NCBI GenBank assembly: GCA_965261595.1 | Contig: CBDHDG010000007.1 | Location: 224,001-288,000 of the forward strand | Origin: a bacterium | GTDB lineage: Bacteria; UBA8248; JACPRG01; G963555815 | Reading direction: 5' to 3' | Length of the DNA: 64,000 nt | Shown here: positions 1-10,872 of the stretch, piece after piece | Layout: each line of letters opens with the position of its first letter | Numbering within the stretch: position 1 is the stretch's first letter | Translations under genes and position numbers: made by a program | Notes under the pieces: model-generated | What the model was told of the DNA's origin: nothing | What the model saw: only the letters and a program-made list of their open reading frames with translations | Database searches by the model: none

Positions 1-1
1 C

Positions 2-1501
2 CAGGACCGGCTCCTGCGCCATCTGGAGGAGCATCCCGACTTCATTCTGCCGGAAAGCCGGCGCAATGAAGTCATCCGTTTCGTTGAAGGGGGTCTGCGG
101 GACCTCAGCATCAGCCGGACGACTTTTCAGTGGGGCATCCCCGTTCCCGGGGGAGAGGGACACGTCCTCTACGTCTGGTTCGACGCGCTGACCAATTACA
201 TCTCCGCGCTGGGATTCGGCGAGAAGGACGGCGGAGAGGACTACGAGACTTTCTGGCCCGCCGATGTTCATCTCATCGGGAAAGACATCCTGCGGTTTCA
301 CGCCGTCTACTGGCCAACGTTCCTCATGTCGGCGGAGCTCCCCCTTCCCCGGCGCGTATTCGCCCATGGGTGGTGGACGGTGGAAGGACAAAAGATGTCC
401 AAATCCCTCCGAAATGTCGTGGAGCCTAACCGTCTCCTCGACCACTACGGGGCGGACGCGGTGCGTTACTTTCTGTTGCGGGAAGTGCCTTTCGGTCAAG
501 ACGGAAATTTTTCCCATGAGGCCTTGATCGAGCGAATCAACAGCGACCTGGCGAACGACTTGGGCAATCTCTTACACAGAACGATCGGCATGGTCGAACA
601 GTTCTGCGGAGGGAAACTGCCGCGGGCCGCGGACGTCGGAGACCTCGAGCGCGGCCTTCAGCAGGCGGCCGGCGCCACCACCACGGTCCTCTGGGAAGAA
701 TTGGAATCCTTGGAATTTCAGCGGGTCCTGAAAAGAGTTTGGGACTTTATCCACCAAGTCAATAAATACTTGGATACACGCGCACCATGGTCCATGTCCA
801 AATCGGGAGACGAGGCGGGCGTTCGGACTACGCTCTACACGGCGGCGGAGGCGATTCGGGTCCTTTCCGTCTGGCTCTGGCCGTTCATGCCGGACGCCGC
901 CCTGAAAATCCGCTCCCGTTTGGGGCTGGCCGCAGAAGACCCCCCGCGTTCTTTGGAAGAAGCCAGGACTTGGGGAGTCCTCGAGGCGGGCCAGGAGGTC
1001 CAACCCGGCCCGCCGCTCTTCCCCCGCATCGATGAGGAGGAAGCGGAGGAGATCAAACAGGCCGTGGGAAGAGAGGTCGAGAACGGGCAGGGGGCTCCCT
1101 TGTCGGAAGACGGAGGGTCTGCCGGGACGCCTCGACGGGAAGGGTCTTCAAGTCACGCGGACGAAGCGGCCGCGCGGATCGATTATGAGGCCTTCTCAAA
1201 GGTTTCATTGCGGGTCGCGCGTGTTGTTTCCGCCAAACCGGTCGAGAAATCAAGGAACCTGCTGAGCCTGAGGCTGGATTTGGGGGATGGGGGGGGGGAG
1301 CGAACCGTTGTCGCGGGCATCGCCGGCAGCTACTCCCCGGAAGAGTTGACGGGAAAGTCCGTGGTCATCGTCGCCAACCTCGAGCCGCGGACCCTCATGG
1401 GCGTCGAGTCGCAAGGGATGGTCCTGGCGGCCCAGGAGGGAGAGGGTCTGGCCTTGGTGACGCTGGACAAGCCGGTTCCCCCGGGAACTCCCATCCGTTG
1501 A
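2..1501 (+). CDS. metG: Methionine--tRNA ligase (5' end outside the window), with C-terminal tRNA-binding OB domain
   Basis: Frame is open from base 2 (QDRLLRHLEEHPDFILP...WGIPVP...YVWFDAL). KMSKS motif present; C-terminal VVIVANLEPRTLMGVESQGMVL Trbp111-like domain. Confidence 0.97.
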   Translation, partial: QDRLLRHLEEHPDFILPESRRNEVIRFVEGGLRDLSISRTTFQWGIPVPGGEGHVLYVWFDALTNYISALGFGEKDGGEDYETFWPADVHLIGKDILRFHAVYWPTFLMSAELPLPRRVFAHGWWTVEGQKMSKSLRNVVEPNRLLDHYGADAVRYFLLREVPFGQDGNFSHEALIERINSDLANDLGNLLHRTIGMVEQFCGGKLPRAADVGDLERGLQQAAGATTTVLWEELESLEFQRVLKRVWDFIHQVNKYLDTRAPWSMSKSGDEAGVRTTLYTAAEAIRVLSVWLWPFMPDAALKIRSRLGLAAEDPPRSLEEARTWGVLEAGQEVQPGPPLFPRIDEEEAEEIKQAVGREVENGQGAPLSEDGGSAGTPRREGSSSHADEAAARIDYEAFSKVSLRVARVVSAKPVEKSRNLLSLRLDLGDGGGERTVVAGIAGSYSPEELTGKSVVIVANLEPRTLMGVESQGMVLAAQEGEGLALVTLDKPVPPGTPIR

Positions 1502-1524
1502 GGAATCCATGAAAGGGTCGTCGG

Positions 1525-2973
1525 GTGTCCGGACCGGAGAATGATGTGACGACAAATCGAGAAGGACTTCCGAAAGGGGAGCCGGAGCTTTCCTGGGTCG
1601 ATTCTCATTGTCATCTGGAAGACGCCCAATTTGACGATGATCGGCCGGGGGTTCTGGAGCGCGCGAGACAAGCGGGCGTCCGATTCATGATGACCCTGGG
1701 CTCCGACATTCTCACCAGCAGGAAGGCCGTCGAACTTGCCGAGTCGCTGGATCCCGTTTTCGCGGGGATCGGCATCCATCCCCATGAAGCCAAGAAGGCG
1801 GGCCGGCGGACTTTCTCAACCCTCACGAAGCTGGCCGGAAAACCGAAGGTGGTGGCCATCGGCGAGGTGGGGCTGGATTATTACCGGACACATTCTCCGC
1901 CCGAGCAGCAAAGAGAGGTGCTCAAAAACCAGATCCGCATCGCCAAGAAGGTGAACCGGCCGTTGGTCCTGCATGAACGCGAAGCCCATGAGGATCTCAT
2001 CCAGATTCTTCGGGAAGAGAACGCCTGGGAAGCCCGTGGGGTGATTCATTGCTTCACCGGAGGCCCGCGCGAGGTTGAGGATTATCTGGACCTGGACTTC
2101 TACTTTTCCCTGGCCGGTCCGGTCACGTTCGCCAAGTCCACCGAGCTTCAGGAGACCGTTCGGGAGATCCCTTTGGAACGCCTTCTGATCGAGACCGACG
2201 CCCCCTACCTCACTCCCGCGCCCTTTCGAGGGCAAAGACCGAATGAACCGGCGATGGTCGTTCACGTCGGGGAGAAAATCGCCGAGTTGTTGGGCGTGCC
2301 AACTGAGGACCTGGCCAGGATCACCAGCTACAACGCACATGCGCTTTTCGGCATCCCGTCGGTGAACCCGGTTCCCCAAATGGTGTACAAGATTCACGGC
2401 GCTCTGCACCTGAATCTGACTTACACCTGCACCAACAATTGCTTCTACTGCCCGCGCTTTTCATCCGACTACCATTTCGGACACAACTTGAAGCTGGACA
2501 GGGACCCGGATCCGGATGAAATCTGGGAAGCGCTCAAGGCTTTCGGCGATATCCGGCAACAGGTGACGTTCAGCGGTTATGGAGAGCCTTTGGTGCGGCT
2601 GGACGTCCTGAAGGAGATTGCGGGCAGAATCAAAAAAGCGGGGGGAACGGTTCGGGTGCTGACCAATGGCCAGGGGAACCTGATCCATGGCCGAAATGTC
2701 CTGCCCGAGCTTCAGGGTTTGGTCGATCAACTCCGGATCTCACTCCACGCCGGGTCGGCGGAGAACTACATGAAGGTGGCGGCGCCCGCGTCGGGCGATG
2801 AAACCTTCGAGAGCGTCCTGTGGTTTATCCGAGAATCGAAGAACTTCGTACCGGATGTCTCGGTGATCATTCCCGACAAGCCGCTGATGTGGGATGTAGA
2901 TAAGCTGGAGAAGATGGTCACGGATGATCTGGGCGTGAAAGTCGTCCGGCGCAAGTTCGCGGTTTATGCCTGA
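1525..2973 (+). CDS. TatD-family nuclease fused to a C-terminal radical SAM domain
   Basis: TatD motifs DSHCH, GEVGLDY, HCF and ETDAPYL, followed by CxxxCxxC (CTNNCFYC) and FSGYGEP. Exact start uncertain. Confidence 0.92.
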   Translation: MSGPENDVTTNREGLPKGEPELSWVDSHCHLEDAQFDDDRPGVLERARQAGVRFMMTLGSDILTSRKAVELAESLDPVFAGIGIHPHEAKKAGRRTFSTLTKLAGKPKVVAIGEVGLDYYRTHSPPEQQREVLKNQIRIAKKVNRPLVLHEREAHEDLIQILREENAWEARGVIHCFTGGPREVEDYLDLDFYFSLAGPVTFAKSTELQETVREIPLERLLIETDAPYLTPAPFRGQRPNEPAMVVHVGEKIAELLGVPTEDLARITSYNAHALFGIPSVNPVPQMVYKIHGALHLNLTYTCTNNCFYCPRFSSDYHFGHNLKLDRDPDPDEIWEALKAFGDIRQQVTFSGYGEPLVRLDVLKEIAGRIKKAGGTVRVLTNGQGNLIHGRNVLPELQGLVDQLRISLHAGSAENYMKVAAPASGDETFESVLWFIRESKNFVPDVSVIIPDKPLMWDVDKLEKMVTDDLGVKVVRRKFAVYA

Positions 2974-3023
2974 GGCCCTCCGCTGATTGGAGGGTCGGCC
3001 GGTCCGGAGAGAAGAGGCCCGCG

Positions 3024-3842
3024 CTACCCCTCCTGCGCGGGCTCTTCGATGCGGACGCGCTCGATCGTCAAGGCCTTGCCCGAAGCGCTATCGACCGTCA
3101 AGAAGACGGCGTTGAGCTGAGCCGGTCCGGAGGCGGGTTCAAACCGCTTCGGAAGTCCGGTCAGAAATCGTTCGATCACTGGCTCCCGCCTTACGCCGAT
3201 GACAGAGACCCAGGGCCCTGTCATTCCCACGTCCGAGAGGTAAGCCGTTCCGCCGGGAAGGATCCGCTCGTCAGCGGTCTGGACATGGGTATGGGTCCCC
3301 AGGACCGCCGACACCTGGCCGTCCAAAAACCACCCCATCGCAATTTTTTCCGAAGTGGCTTCCGCATGCATATCCACAAGGATGACCGACGTCTCCCGGC
3401 GGAGTTTATTCAGGTGTTCCGAAGCGATGCGAAACGGACAGTCCAGACTGAAGGGGATGAACACACGGCCCATCAGGTTCAAAACACCGACCCGAACCCG
3501 GCTCGACGTTTCAAAGATTTCAGCGCCTCGCCCGGGGGCCCCTGACGGATAATTGGCCGGACGCAGGATGCGGGGCTCATGGGGGATGAGGTCAAAGATC
3601 TCCCGCTTATTCCAGATGTGGTTTCCTGAAGTCAGAACGTGGACGCCGAGGCCGAAAAACTCCTCCGCCACTTCCGCGGTCAACCCCAACCCCCCGGCGG
3701 CGTTCTCCGCGTTGACCACGCAGAAGTCCACTTGGAAATCCGTCAGGAGGCCCGAAAGGCGCTCTTTCAGGATTCGGCGCCCCGGTTTCCCGACGACGTC
3801 CGAGACGAACAATATCCTTACGATTTGTGGCGTTTCGGTCAA
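3024..3842 (-). CDS. ymdB: YmdB/TIGR00282-family metallophosphoesterase
   Basis: DVVGKPGR, NAENAAGG, GNH, DMHAEATSEK and GTHTHVQTADE motifs; directly downstream of rny. Confidence 0.93.
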   Translation of the reverse strand: MTETPQIVRILFVSDVVGKPGRRILKERLSGLLTDFQVDFCVVNAENAAGGLGLTAEVAEEFFGLGVHVLTSGNHIWNKREIFDLIPHEPRILRPANYPSGAPGRGAEIFETSSRVRVGVLNLMGRVFIPFSLDCPFRIASEHLNKLRRETSVILVDMHAEATSEKIAMGWFLDGQVSAVLGTHTHVQTADERILPGGTAYLSDVGMTGPWVSVIGVRREPVIERFLTGLPKRFEPASGPAQLNAVFLTVDSASGKALTIERVRIEEPAQEG

Positions 3843-3852
3843 TCGGAACGCC

Positions 3853-5436
3853 TCATTGGGCGACTTCCTCCGAACGGGTCTCGCGAATCACCGTCACCTT
3901 GATCTCGCCGGGATAGGTGAGCTCTTCCTCGATCCGACGTGCGATGTCTTTGGCCAGAAACACTGCCTCGGATTCGTTCACGTTGGTCGGTTGGACAATG
4001 ACCCGGATCTCCCGGCCCGCCTGGATGGCGTAAGACTTCTCCACGCCCTGAAAAGAGTCGCCGATTTTCTCAAGCTGCTGGAGCCGCTTGATATGGGATT
4101 CCAGCGTCTCCCGCCGGGCCCCCGGACGCGCGGCGGACAGCGAGTCGGCCGCGCAAACGGCCATCGACTCGATGCTGTTGGGTTCTTCTTCTTCGTGATG
4201 GGCCGCGATGGCGTTGAGGACGACTGGCGGTTCGCGGTATCGGCGAGCCACATCGATGCCGATCTGGATGTGGGAGCCTTCCATTTCGTGGTCGAGGGCC
4301 TTGCCGATGTCGTGAAGCAAGCCGGCCCGCTTGGCCAGCTTCACGTCACCCCCCAATTCCGCGGCCACGAGACCGCTCAGGTGAGCCACCTCCTTGGAGT
4401 GCATCAGTACGTTTTGGCTGTAACTCGTGCGATAGTTCAGTCTTCCGAGCAGACGGAGGATTTCGGGATGGATTCCGTCCACCCCGACCTCGATGGCCGC
4501 CTCCGCTCCGATCTCCCGGACGTTCTTCTCCATATCGCTCTTGACCTTGGCCACGACATCTTCGATGCGCCGCGGGTGGATGCGGCCGTCTGAGACCAGG
4601 CGCTCCAGCGCCCTGCGGGCGATCTCCCGCTTGATGGGATCAAATCCCGAGATGATCACCGCTTCCGGGGTGTCGTCGATGATGAGGTCCACGCCGGTCG
4701 CCATCTCCATCGCCCGGATGTTCCGCCCCTCGCGGCCGATAATCCGCCCCTTCATCTCATCGTTGGGCAGGCTAACGACGGACAGGGTGTTTTCCGCTAC
4801 GTGGTCCGCCGCGTATCGCTGAATCGCGATGGCGATGATTCGATTGGCTTCCCGCTCGGCCTGTTCCCGCGCTTCCTCCTCAATCTTGCGCACCAGGTTC
4901 GCGCTGTCGTGCCGGGCCTCCTCCACGACCTGATCCATGATCACCTTCTTGGCTTCCGCCGCCGTTAACCCCGATACGCGCTCGAGGGCCCGGGTTCGCT
5001 CTTGAAGAACGCGATCGGTTTCTTTTCTCAGCTCCTCGAGTTTGTCCTCCCGCTCGGTGAGAAGGAGACCCTTCTTTTCAAAATTCCGCTCTTTCGTCTC
5101 CGCCGCTTCCAGCTTCTTTTCCAGGTTCCCCTCCCGTTGGAGACTGCGGCGTTCCTGCGTTTGAAGCTCCTGTCTCCTCTCCTTGATTTCCTGATCCAAT
5201 TCCCGGCTGACGCGCAGGGTTTCTTCCTTGGCCTCTAATTCGGCTTGACGGCGAATGGTCTCCGCCTCCCGCTTGGCCTCGGCCTGAAGCTTATCAGCCT
5301 CTTCCTGGGCCTGCTGGATCTTGGACCGGACTGAAACCCGGCGCAGCAAAAATCCAACCACGCCCCCCAACACAATGAGCAACGCGCCCAGCGCCCAACC
5401 CTCCGGATTCATCCAGTTGGCCATGAGCTCAGACAC
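3853..5436 (-). CDS. rny: Ribonuclease Y
   Basis: N-terminal TM helix, coiled coil, KH domain ([12 protein letters not shown]) and HD domain (LLHDIGK). Confidence 0.97.
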   Translation of the reverse strand: MSELMANWMNPEGWALGALLIVLGGVVGFLLRRVSVRSKIQQAQEEADKLQAEAKREAETIRRQAELEAKEETLRVSRELDQEIKERRQELQTQERRSLQREGNLEKKLEAAETKERNFEKKGLLLTEREDKLEELRKETDRVLQERTRALERVSGLTAAEAKKVIMDQVVEEARHDSANLVRKIEEEAREQAEREANRIIAIAIQRYAADHVAENTLSVVSLPNDEMKGRIIGREGRNIRAMEMATGVDLIIDDTPEAVIISGFDPIKREIARRALERLVSDGRIHPRRIEDVVAKVKSDMEKNVREIGAEAAIEVGVDGIHPEILRLLGRLNYRTSYSQNVLMHSKEVAHLSGLVAAELGGDVKLAKRAGLLHDIGKALDHEMEGSHIQIGIDVARRYREPPVVLNAIAAHHEEEEPNSIESMAVCAADSLSAARPGARRETLESHIKRLQQLEKIGDSFQGVEKSYAIQAGREIRVIVQPTNVNESEAVFLAKDIARRIEEELTYPGEIKVTVIRETRSEEVAQ

Positions 5437-6172
5437 AGTGGATCACCTCCTCCGGTGATTCGTTCGTTGTTGTTGGAATCGAGTATCGATGAACATGAGC
5501 ATCGCAACGTATGACACCAACTTCCGTCACCACCCGGTGCATTGGAATATCCCACTCATCCCGGGAGATTCGGTCCTCCATCTGGCATGAAAAGGCCAGC
5601 CCAATCCGCTGGGCGTCGGCGCGGGCGGACGCCAGAAGCCCGTCGTAATACCCCTTGCCGAATCCCAGCCGGATCCCTTTGCCGTCGAAAGCCAGGCCCG
5701 GAACGACGAAGAAGTCAATGTTCTCGGTTTCTACAGGGCGGGGATGACGAGGCTCCAAGACCCCAAAAGCCGTTCGGACCCAACTCATCGGACCGGAATC
5801 CCGCCCGCCGGGCAGGTCTTTGATCTCCGAGAGGAACAGTTTCGCGCCCCGCCCCGCCGGAACCACGGGGACCGCCACTCGATATCCACGCGCCAAGGCC
5901 TTGCGAAGCAGGGCGCGCGTCCTGACCTCCAGACCGAAATCCACATAACAGGACAGCCACACGGGACTCCCGCTCCGAAGACGCTTTTGCAGATTCCGGA
6001 CCGCCTGGAGGCGCCAGAACCGTTGCACGATAGCTTGGCTATGGGTCTCGGCGGCCTCCGGGCGGAGCGCCTCCCGCCGGCTCAGGAACTTCCGGCGCAA
6101 CCGGGCCTTATCCGCAAGAATACGGGGCTTGGAAAGGTGATGAAGGGGACCGCTTTGAAGGTGAACCGCCAC
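5429..6172 (-). CDS. 5-formyltetrahydrofolate cyclo-ligase
   Basis: VVPGLAFD...[10 protein letters not shown] motif; usual position downstream of 6S RNA. Start uncertain. Confidence 0.9.
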   Translation of the reverse strand: MAVHLQSGPLHHLSKPRILADKARLRRKFLSRREALRPEAAETHSQAIVQRFWRLQAVRNLQKRLRSGSPVWLSCYVDFGLEVRTRALLRKALARGYRVAVPVVPAGRGAKLFLSEIKDLPGGRDSGPMSWVRTAFGVLEPRHPRPVETENIDFFVVPGLAFDGKGIRLGFGKGYYDGLLASARADAQRIGLAFSCQMEDRISRDEWDIPMHRVVTEVGVIRCDAHVHRYSIPTTTNESPEEVIHCV

Positions 6173-6543
6173 GCCAATGCTCCCATTGCGCGACGGAGTG
6201 AGGATCTCAGGGGGCCGGTTTCCGTTGGTTCCGAGCAGGCCGATGAACCCCGCGGATTCTTTTCATGCTTTCAAAGGCGCCGAGGGGAACTTCACCGTTT
6301 CCGCCCCTGGAAAGGGGGCGGGCAGATGGACAGCCGGGGCGTCCGGGCGGCTTGCTTCCTGCCGCACCCTCCCCGGATTATTTTCGAACCACGATGAATT
6401 TGACCAGCCGATAACCGACGTCATTTCCGCCTGGAGAATCCTTCCACTCCTTGTAGGTTGACCCATCCGCCTAAGGATGAAAGCACCGCCGTCCCTTCTC
6501 GTCGCGTCGCGCCTTCGCCTCAGGCTGGACAGTTGAATCTAAA

Positions 6544-6722
6544 GTCCCCTGCCGCAATGCCGTGTGGGTATACTTTTTGAACCTGGCAGCACCAGGTGGG
6601 CGCCTCGGAGGACATTTCAGGCTCACTCCCGGGGGAGGTGCACACCACGCCCTTCTCCCGGCTCCCTTTCTTTGTCTGTTGGCTCAAAAATTTTTACGTC
6701 CATCACGCACATGGCAGGGGAA
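6544..6722 (-). ncRNA. ssrS: 6S RNA
   Basis: About 180 nt between zapA and the 5-FTHF cyclo-ligase. Ends pair (TTCCCCTGCC...GGCAGGGGAC); contains TTGAGCC and GCGCCCACCTGG...CCAGGTTCAA...CACGGC motifs typical of 6S RNA. Confidence 0.88.
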
Positions 6723-6736
6723 TTCGGCTCTCCTCT

Positions 6737-7030
6737 TTATCCCGCTTTTTCCACCATCTGAAGGAGCGCGAACGTGCGTTGGTCCAAATTCGATTCCTTT
6801 TCCCGCTCCACTTTCTCAGCATGGAAGAGATCACTCGCGATATTGAGCGCTGTCAGAACGGCGATTTTTTGCGTATCGACGGCCTTGGATTGCGCGGCCA
6901 CTTTGCGCATCTGATCTTCGACGTACCGAGCCACCGTCCGCATGTACTCCTGGTCCGCGCCCGCGCGGACGACATAGGATTTTCCGTAGATCTCCACGGA
7001 GACGGTGTTTCGATCCGCCACCAGCGCCAC
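6737..7030 (-). CDS. zapA: Cell division protein ZapA
   Basis: VEIYGKSY...VARYVEDQM...IAVLTALNIA pattern; upstream of 6S RNA. Confidence 0.92.
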   Translation of the reverse strand: MALVADRNTVSVEIYGKSYVVRAGADQEYMRTVARYVEDQMRKVAAQSKAVDTQKIAVLTALNIASDLFHAEKVEREKESNLDQRTFALLQMVEKAG

Positions 7031-7039
7031 CTCCGATGC

Positions 7040-7279
7040 TTAACTCGCTTGATGTACCCGGGAAATGCCCGCCAACATGGACTCGACGCGGCTTCGCAGA
7101 TCGCTCCGTTCGCGCGTCAACAAGTCCTTCACTCGTTGAAATTCCCCGAGGTCTTTATCCCGGTTCTTCGCGGGAGCGTCGGCTTCGAGTTGATCCAAAC
7201 GCGACTTCAACTGCTTCCGTTCAGAGAGCAACGCCCGAAGCTGGTGCTCCAACTGTTCAAGATTTTCCAAACTCGACAT
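7040..7279 (-). CDS. ZapB-like coiled-coil protein
   Basis: 79-aa heptad-rich helix directly upstream of zapA. Confidence 0.7.
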   Translation of the reverse strand: MSSLENLEQLEHQLRALLSERKQLKSRLDQLEADAPAKNRDKDLGEFQRVKDLLTRERSDLRSRVESMLAGISRVHQAS

Positions 7280-7316
7280 GATTCAAGCCTTTTCAGAGTT
7301 TTCCGCCATCCCTCTC

Positions 7317-7345
7317 TTTATATTCTTATTCCACCAACGCGTCAA
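7317..7345 (-). promoter_or_regulatory. Putative sigma70 promoter for zapB-zapA-ssrS
   Basis: Minus strand reads TTGACG-17 nt-TATAAA. Confidence 0.55.
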
Positions 7346-7375
7346 ACCCGCCGGTCCTTTTCACCTCCCGAGAAC

Positions 7376-9808
7376 TCACCGCAGCTGAGCCTGAAACTCC
7401 CTTGAAAGTCGGGACACGATTCGCTCGTGCACCTCGTTGACCTCCTCCCCCGTCAGGGTTCTCTCGGCAGACCGGTAAACCAGGGCGAACGCAACGCTCT
7501 TCCGGCCTTTCGGGACCGGGTCTCCGACATGCACGTCAAACACCACGGCCTCTTGGGCCAAGGGGGCGCCTTCTTCCAGGATTGCACGCTGGATGGAATC
7601 CACCATCACTTCCGCCGGAATCACAACCGCCAAGTCACGGCCGGTCGGTGGAAAACTCGCCAATGAACGGAAGCGGGGCGTGTCCGCCATCGCACGCTGG
7701 AGAGGATTGGACGAAACCTCGAAAATCATCGCCGGTTGCGGGAGATCGAAGGCCCTTTGCGCGTCCGGATGAATCTCTCCCAGCTCGCCCCAGATTTCCT
7801 CCTCATTCGAGGACGCCTGACGGAGCCAGACCGTTGCCGAGCGGCTTGGATGATATGGATATCCGCATCCGGGCTTGAATCGGGCATGTTCTACGCCAAA
7901 AGCGGAGAGCAAGTGTTCCACTACTCCCTTGATATCGTAAAAGTCCCGCTTCCGGCCGCTTTCGGTCCAGACGCTCCGCTCAGAGGCCTGACTCAGGACA
8001 CCCGCGATGTGCAACGATTCGTCCGGAAGGGAATCCGACGGCGAAGATCCCGGACGAAACACATGCCCCACCTCGAACAAACGGATTTCCCCGACACTGT
8101 GGTTCCTGTTGGCCGCCGTGTTTCTCAAAAGAGCGGGCCACAAGCACGAGCGCAACATCGCTCCTTCCCGGCTCAGAGGATTCAATAACGCCAAAGACGG
8201 GCCGCCGTCATAGGAATCCGCCGTCCCGTTGTCCTTCAACGCGGGCACAAAACTCAGATTGATGGCCTCCAGCAAGCCGGCGCCGCACAGGACCGTGCGA
8301 ACCCGATTCAGAAAATCCCATTCGGAGGCGAGACCGAGGCGAGCATTCCCACCCAAAGGAAGGATTGTGGGGAACCGATCATAACCGTAGATACGCGCCA
8401 CTTCCTCGATGATGTCAATCTCCCGGGAGAGGTCCAGGCGGTGATCCGGGATCCGAATGGACATGTTTTCCTTGCTCTCCACCGCGGTCACCTCCATGCC
8501 CAGGGCGAGGAGAATGTCGGACACCTCGCGAATCGGTATATCCATCCCCAGAACCCTCTTAAGCTGGCCGGTTCGAAGGGTCACCATTTTTTTCTCCAGA
8601 AGCGCGCTCTGGGATACGTCGGCCATCCCCCGAGCCACCTCTCCCCCCGTCCCCCGGCGGATGAGCTCAGCCGCCCGGTCCAAGGCCTGCGGAACACCCA
8701 CCGGATTCACCCCTCGTTCAAATCGGAAGGACGCCTCGGTGGCGAGTCCCATCACCCGAGCGGTTCGTCGGACGCTCCGCGGTTGGAACAAAGCGCTCTC
8801 CAGAAGAACGGCGCTCGTGCCGGGACCCACCTCCGAGTCCAAGCCGCCGATCACCCCTCCGATGGCCACCGGACCCGCTCCATCACAGATCATGCAGGCC
8901 CCTTCGGGAGGGGTGCGCCGGGTCTTGTCGAGGGTGGTGAAGGTCGACTCATCTTCAGCGGTCTGCGCGCGAACCACGATTTCGCCCCCCCGGATCTTTT
9001 CCAGGTCGAAGGCGTGCAAAGGCTGGCCTCTTTCCAGCATGACGTAATTGGTCACATCGACCACATTGTTAATGGGCCGAATACCGGCTGTTTGAAGGCG
9101 CCACTGCATCCAGATGGGGGACGGCCCTATTTTTATTTTCTGCACGACCCGGGCGGTGTACCTCGGACACAAGTCGGGACAATCCACAGAGACGTTGACA
9201 AAACCTTTCACGGGACCGCCATGTTCGAGAACCCGCGGTTTCGGCGGGTGAAGAGGGGTTCTCTGATAACAGGCGACCTCGCGCGCGATTCCCAGAACGC
9301 TCAGGCAATCCCCGCGATTCGGCGTCACTTCCACTTCCAAGACGGTGTCCGAAAAACCCACCGCTTCGGAAAGCGGGGCGCCGACCTCGCAATCCGTATC
9401 CAGGACCCAGATGCCGTCGGTCGCGTCGGCAAACCCAAGCTCAGCGGCGGAGCAGATCATCCCCTCGGAGTCTTCCCCGCGAATCCGCACCGCTTCGATG
9501 GTCCTGCCGTCCGGGAGCCGGGCGCCCGGTGGAATCACAGGGACCCGTTGCCCAACGGCGACGTTGGGCGCCCCACAAACGATGCGTCTGTCGCCGCCGC
9601 CGGTTGAGACGCGGCACAAGTTCAGTTTGTCGGCGCCTGGATGCGGCTGAACATCCAGAATCTCCCCTACGAGGACCGGCTCGAACTCTCCGCCCACACG
9701 CTCCACGTTGACCGTTTCGATGCCGTTCATCGTGAGGACGCGAGCCAGCTCCTCCGGGGTCCCCTCATATTCAACGAACTCTTTTAACCAACTGCAAATC
9801 ACACGCAA
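7376..9808 (-). CDS. pheT: Phenylalanine--tRNA ligase beta subunit
   Basis: Probable TTG start (MRVICSWLKEFV); TPNRGDCLS, NNVVDVTNYV, GQPLHAFD and EEVARIYGY motifs; FDX-ACB C-terminus. Confidence 0.97.
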   Translation of the reverse strand: MRVICSWLKEFVEYEGTPEELARVLTMNGIETVNVERVGGEFEPVLVGEILDVQPHPGADKLNLCRVSTGGGDRRIVCGAPNVAVGQRVPVIPPGARLPDGRTIEAVRIRGEDSEGMICSAAELGFADATDGIWVLDTDCEVGAPLSEAVGFSDTVLEVEVTPNRGDCLSVLGIAREVACYQRTPLHPPKPRVLEHGGPVKGFVNVSVDCPDLCPRYTARVVQKIKIGPSPIWMQWRLQTAGIRPINNVVDVTNYVMLERGQPLHAFDLEKIRGGEIVVRAQTAEDESTFTTLDKTRRTPPEGACMICDGAGPVAIGGVIGGLDSEVGPGTSAVLLESALFQPRSVRRTARVMGLATEASFRFERGVNPVGVPQALDRAAELIRRGTGGEVARGMADVSQSALLEKKMVTLRTGQLKRVLGMDIPIREVSDILLALGMEVTAVESKENMSIRIPDHRLDLSREIDIIEEVARIYGYDRFPTILPLGGNARLGLASEWDFLNRVRTVLCGAGLLEAINLSFVPALKDNGTADSYDGGPSLALLNPLSREGAMLRSCLWPALLRNTAANRNHSVGEIRLFEVGHVFRPGSSPSDSLPDESLHIAGVLSQASERSVWTESGRKRDFYDIKGVVEHLLSAFGVEHARFKPGCGYPYHPSRSATVWLRQASSNEEEIWGELGEIHPDAQRAFDLPQPAMIFEVSSNPLQRAMADTPRFRSLASFPPTGRDLAVVIPAEVMVDSIQRAILEEGAPLAQEAVVFDVHVGDPVPKGRKSVAFALVYRSAERTLTGEEVNEVHERIVSRLSREFQAQLR

Positions 9809-9845
9809 GGATTCAACCTTTTCCCGCCAACCCAACCGGATTCAT

Positions 9846-10856
9846 TCAGAACTGGGAAAGAAATCGGACATCGTTTTCAAAGAATAGGCGGATGTCATCG
9901 ATTCCGTATTTGAGCATGGCCACGCGCTCCACGCCGAGGCCGAACGCGAATCCCGTCACCTCCTCGGGGTCGTAGCCGACGAATCCATAAACCGCGGGGT
10001 CCACCATTCCGGCGCCGAGGATCTCCAGCCATCCAGTCCTTCTACAAACCCGGCAGCCCCGCCCTTGGCAGATGACGCACTGGATGTCCACCTCCGCGCT
10101 GGGTTCGGTAAAGGGGAAAAAGCTTGGGCGGAAGCGGACGCCCACATCGGGCCCGAACATCTCGTGCACAAAAATGGACAGCGTGCCGCGCAGATCCGCG
10201 AACGTCACGTCCCGGTCGACCAGGAGCCCTTCCACCTGGTGAAACATGGGGGCATGAGACACGTCCGCGTCACAGCGGTACACCTTGCCGGGAGCGACAA
10301 TCTGGACCGGAGGCTCCTGCTTTTCCATCACCCGGATCTGGACCGGCGAGGTGTGGGTCCGCATGAGCGTTTTTTCCGTGAGATAGAAGGTGTCGTGCAT
10401 GTCCCGGGCCGGATGATCCGGCGGGATGTTGAGGGCCTCGAAATTATAATAATCGAGCTCGACCTCGGGTCCCTCGGCAATCCCAAACCCCAGACCTTGG
10501 AAGATTCTCAGGACCTCTCCCGTCACCTGGGTGACCGGATGTATGCGCCCGGGGGGTTGGCCTCGGCCGGGAAGGGTGACGTCGAAGGAGGGCGCGGCTT
10601 TCCGTAACTCGGCGTGGCGTAGGGCTTCGAGCCGGCGCTCGAAAACGCCCTCGATTTCGGCCTCCACGGCGTGGACCGCCTTCCCGAATGTTGGGCGGTC
10701 CTCGGGGGGGAGCTTCCCCATACGCTTGAGTTGTTGGGTCAGGATGCCCTTGCGGCCCAGATATCGGGTCTTGACGGTTTGCAGATCTTCTTCCGAGTCG
10801 GCGGCTTCAGCCTCTTCGGCCACCAAGCGCGGGAGGTCTTCGAGGTCGTCACTCAT
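9846..10856 (-). CDS. pheS: Phenylalanine--tRNA ligase alpha subunit
   Basis: HPARDMHDTFY, RTHTSPVQ, FPFTEPS and GFAFGLGVER motifs. Confidence 0.97.
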   Translation of the reverse strand: MSDDLEDLPRLVAEEAEAADSEEDLQTVKTRYLGRKGILTQQLKRMGKLPPEDRPTFGKAVHAVEAEIEGVFERRLEALRHAELRKAAPSFDVTLPGRGQPPGRIHPVTQVTGEVLRIFQGLGFGIAEGPEVELDYYNFEALNIPPDHPARDMHDTFYLTEKTLMRTHTSPVQIRVMEKQEPPVQIVAPGKVYRCDADVSHAPMFHQVEGLLVDRDVTFADLRGTLSIFVHEMFGPDVGVRFRPSFFPFTEPSAEVDIQCVICQGRGCRVCRRTGWLEILGAGMVDPAVYGFVGYDPEEVTGFAFGLGVERVAMLKYGIDDIRLFFENDVRFLSQF

Positions 10857-10872
10857 CGAGGCCCATTTCAAT

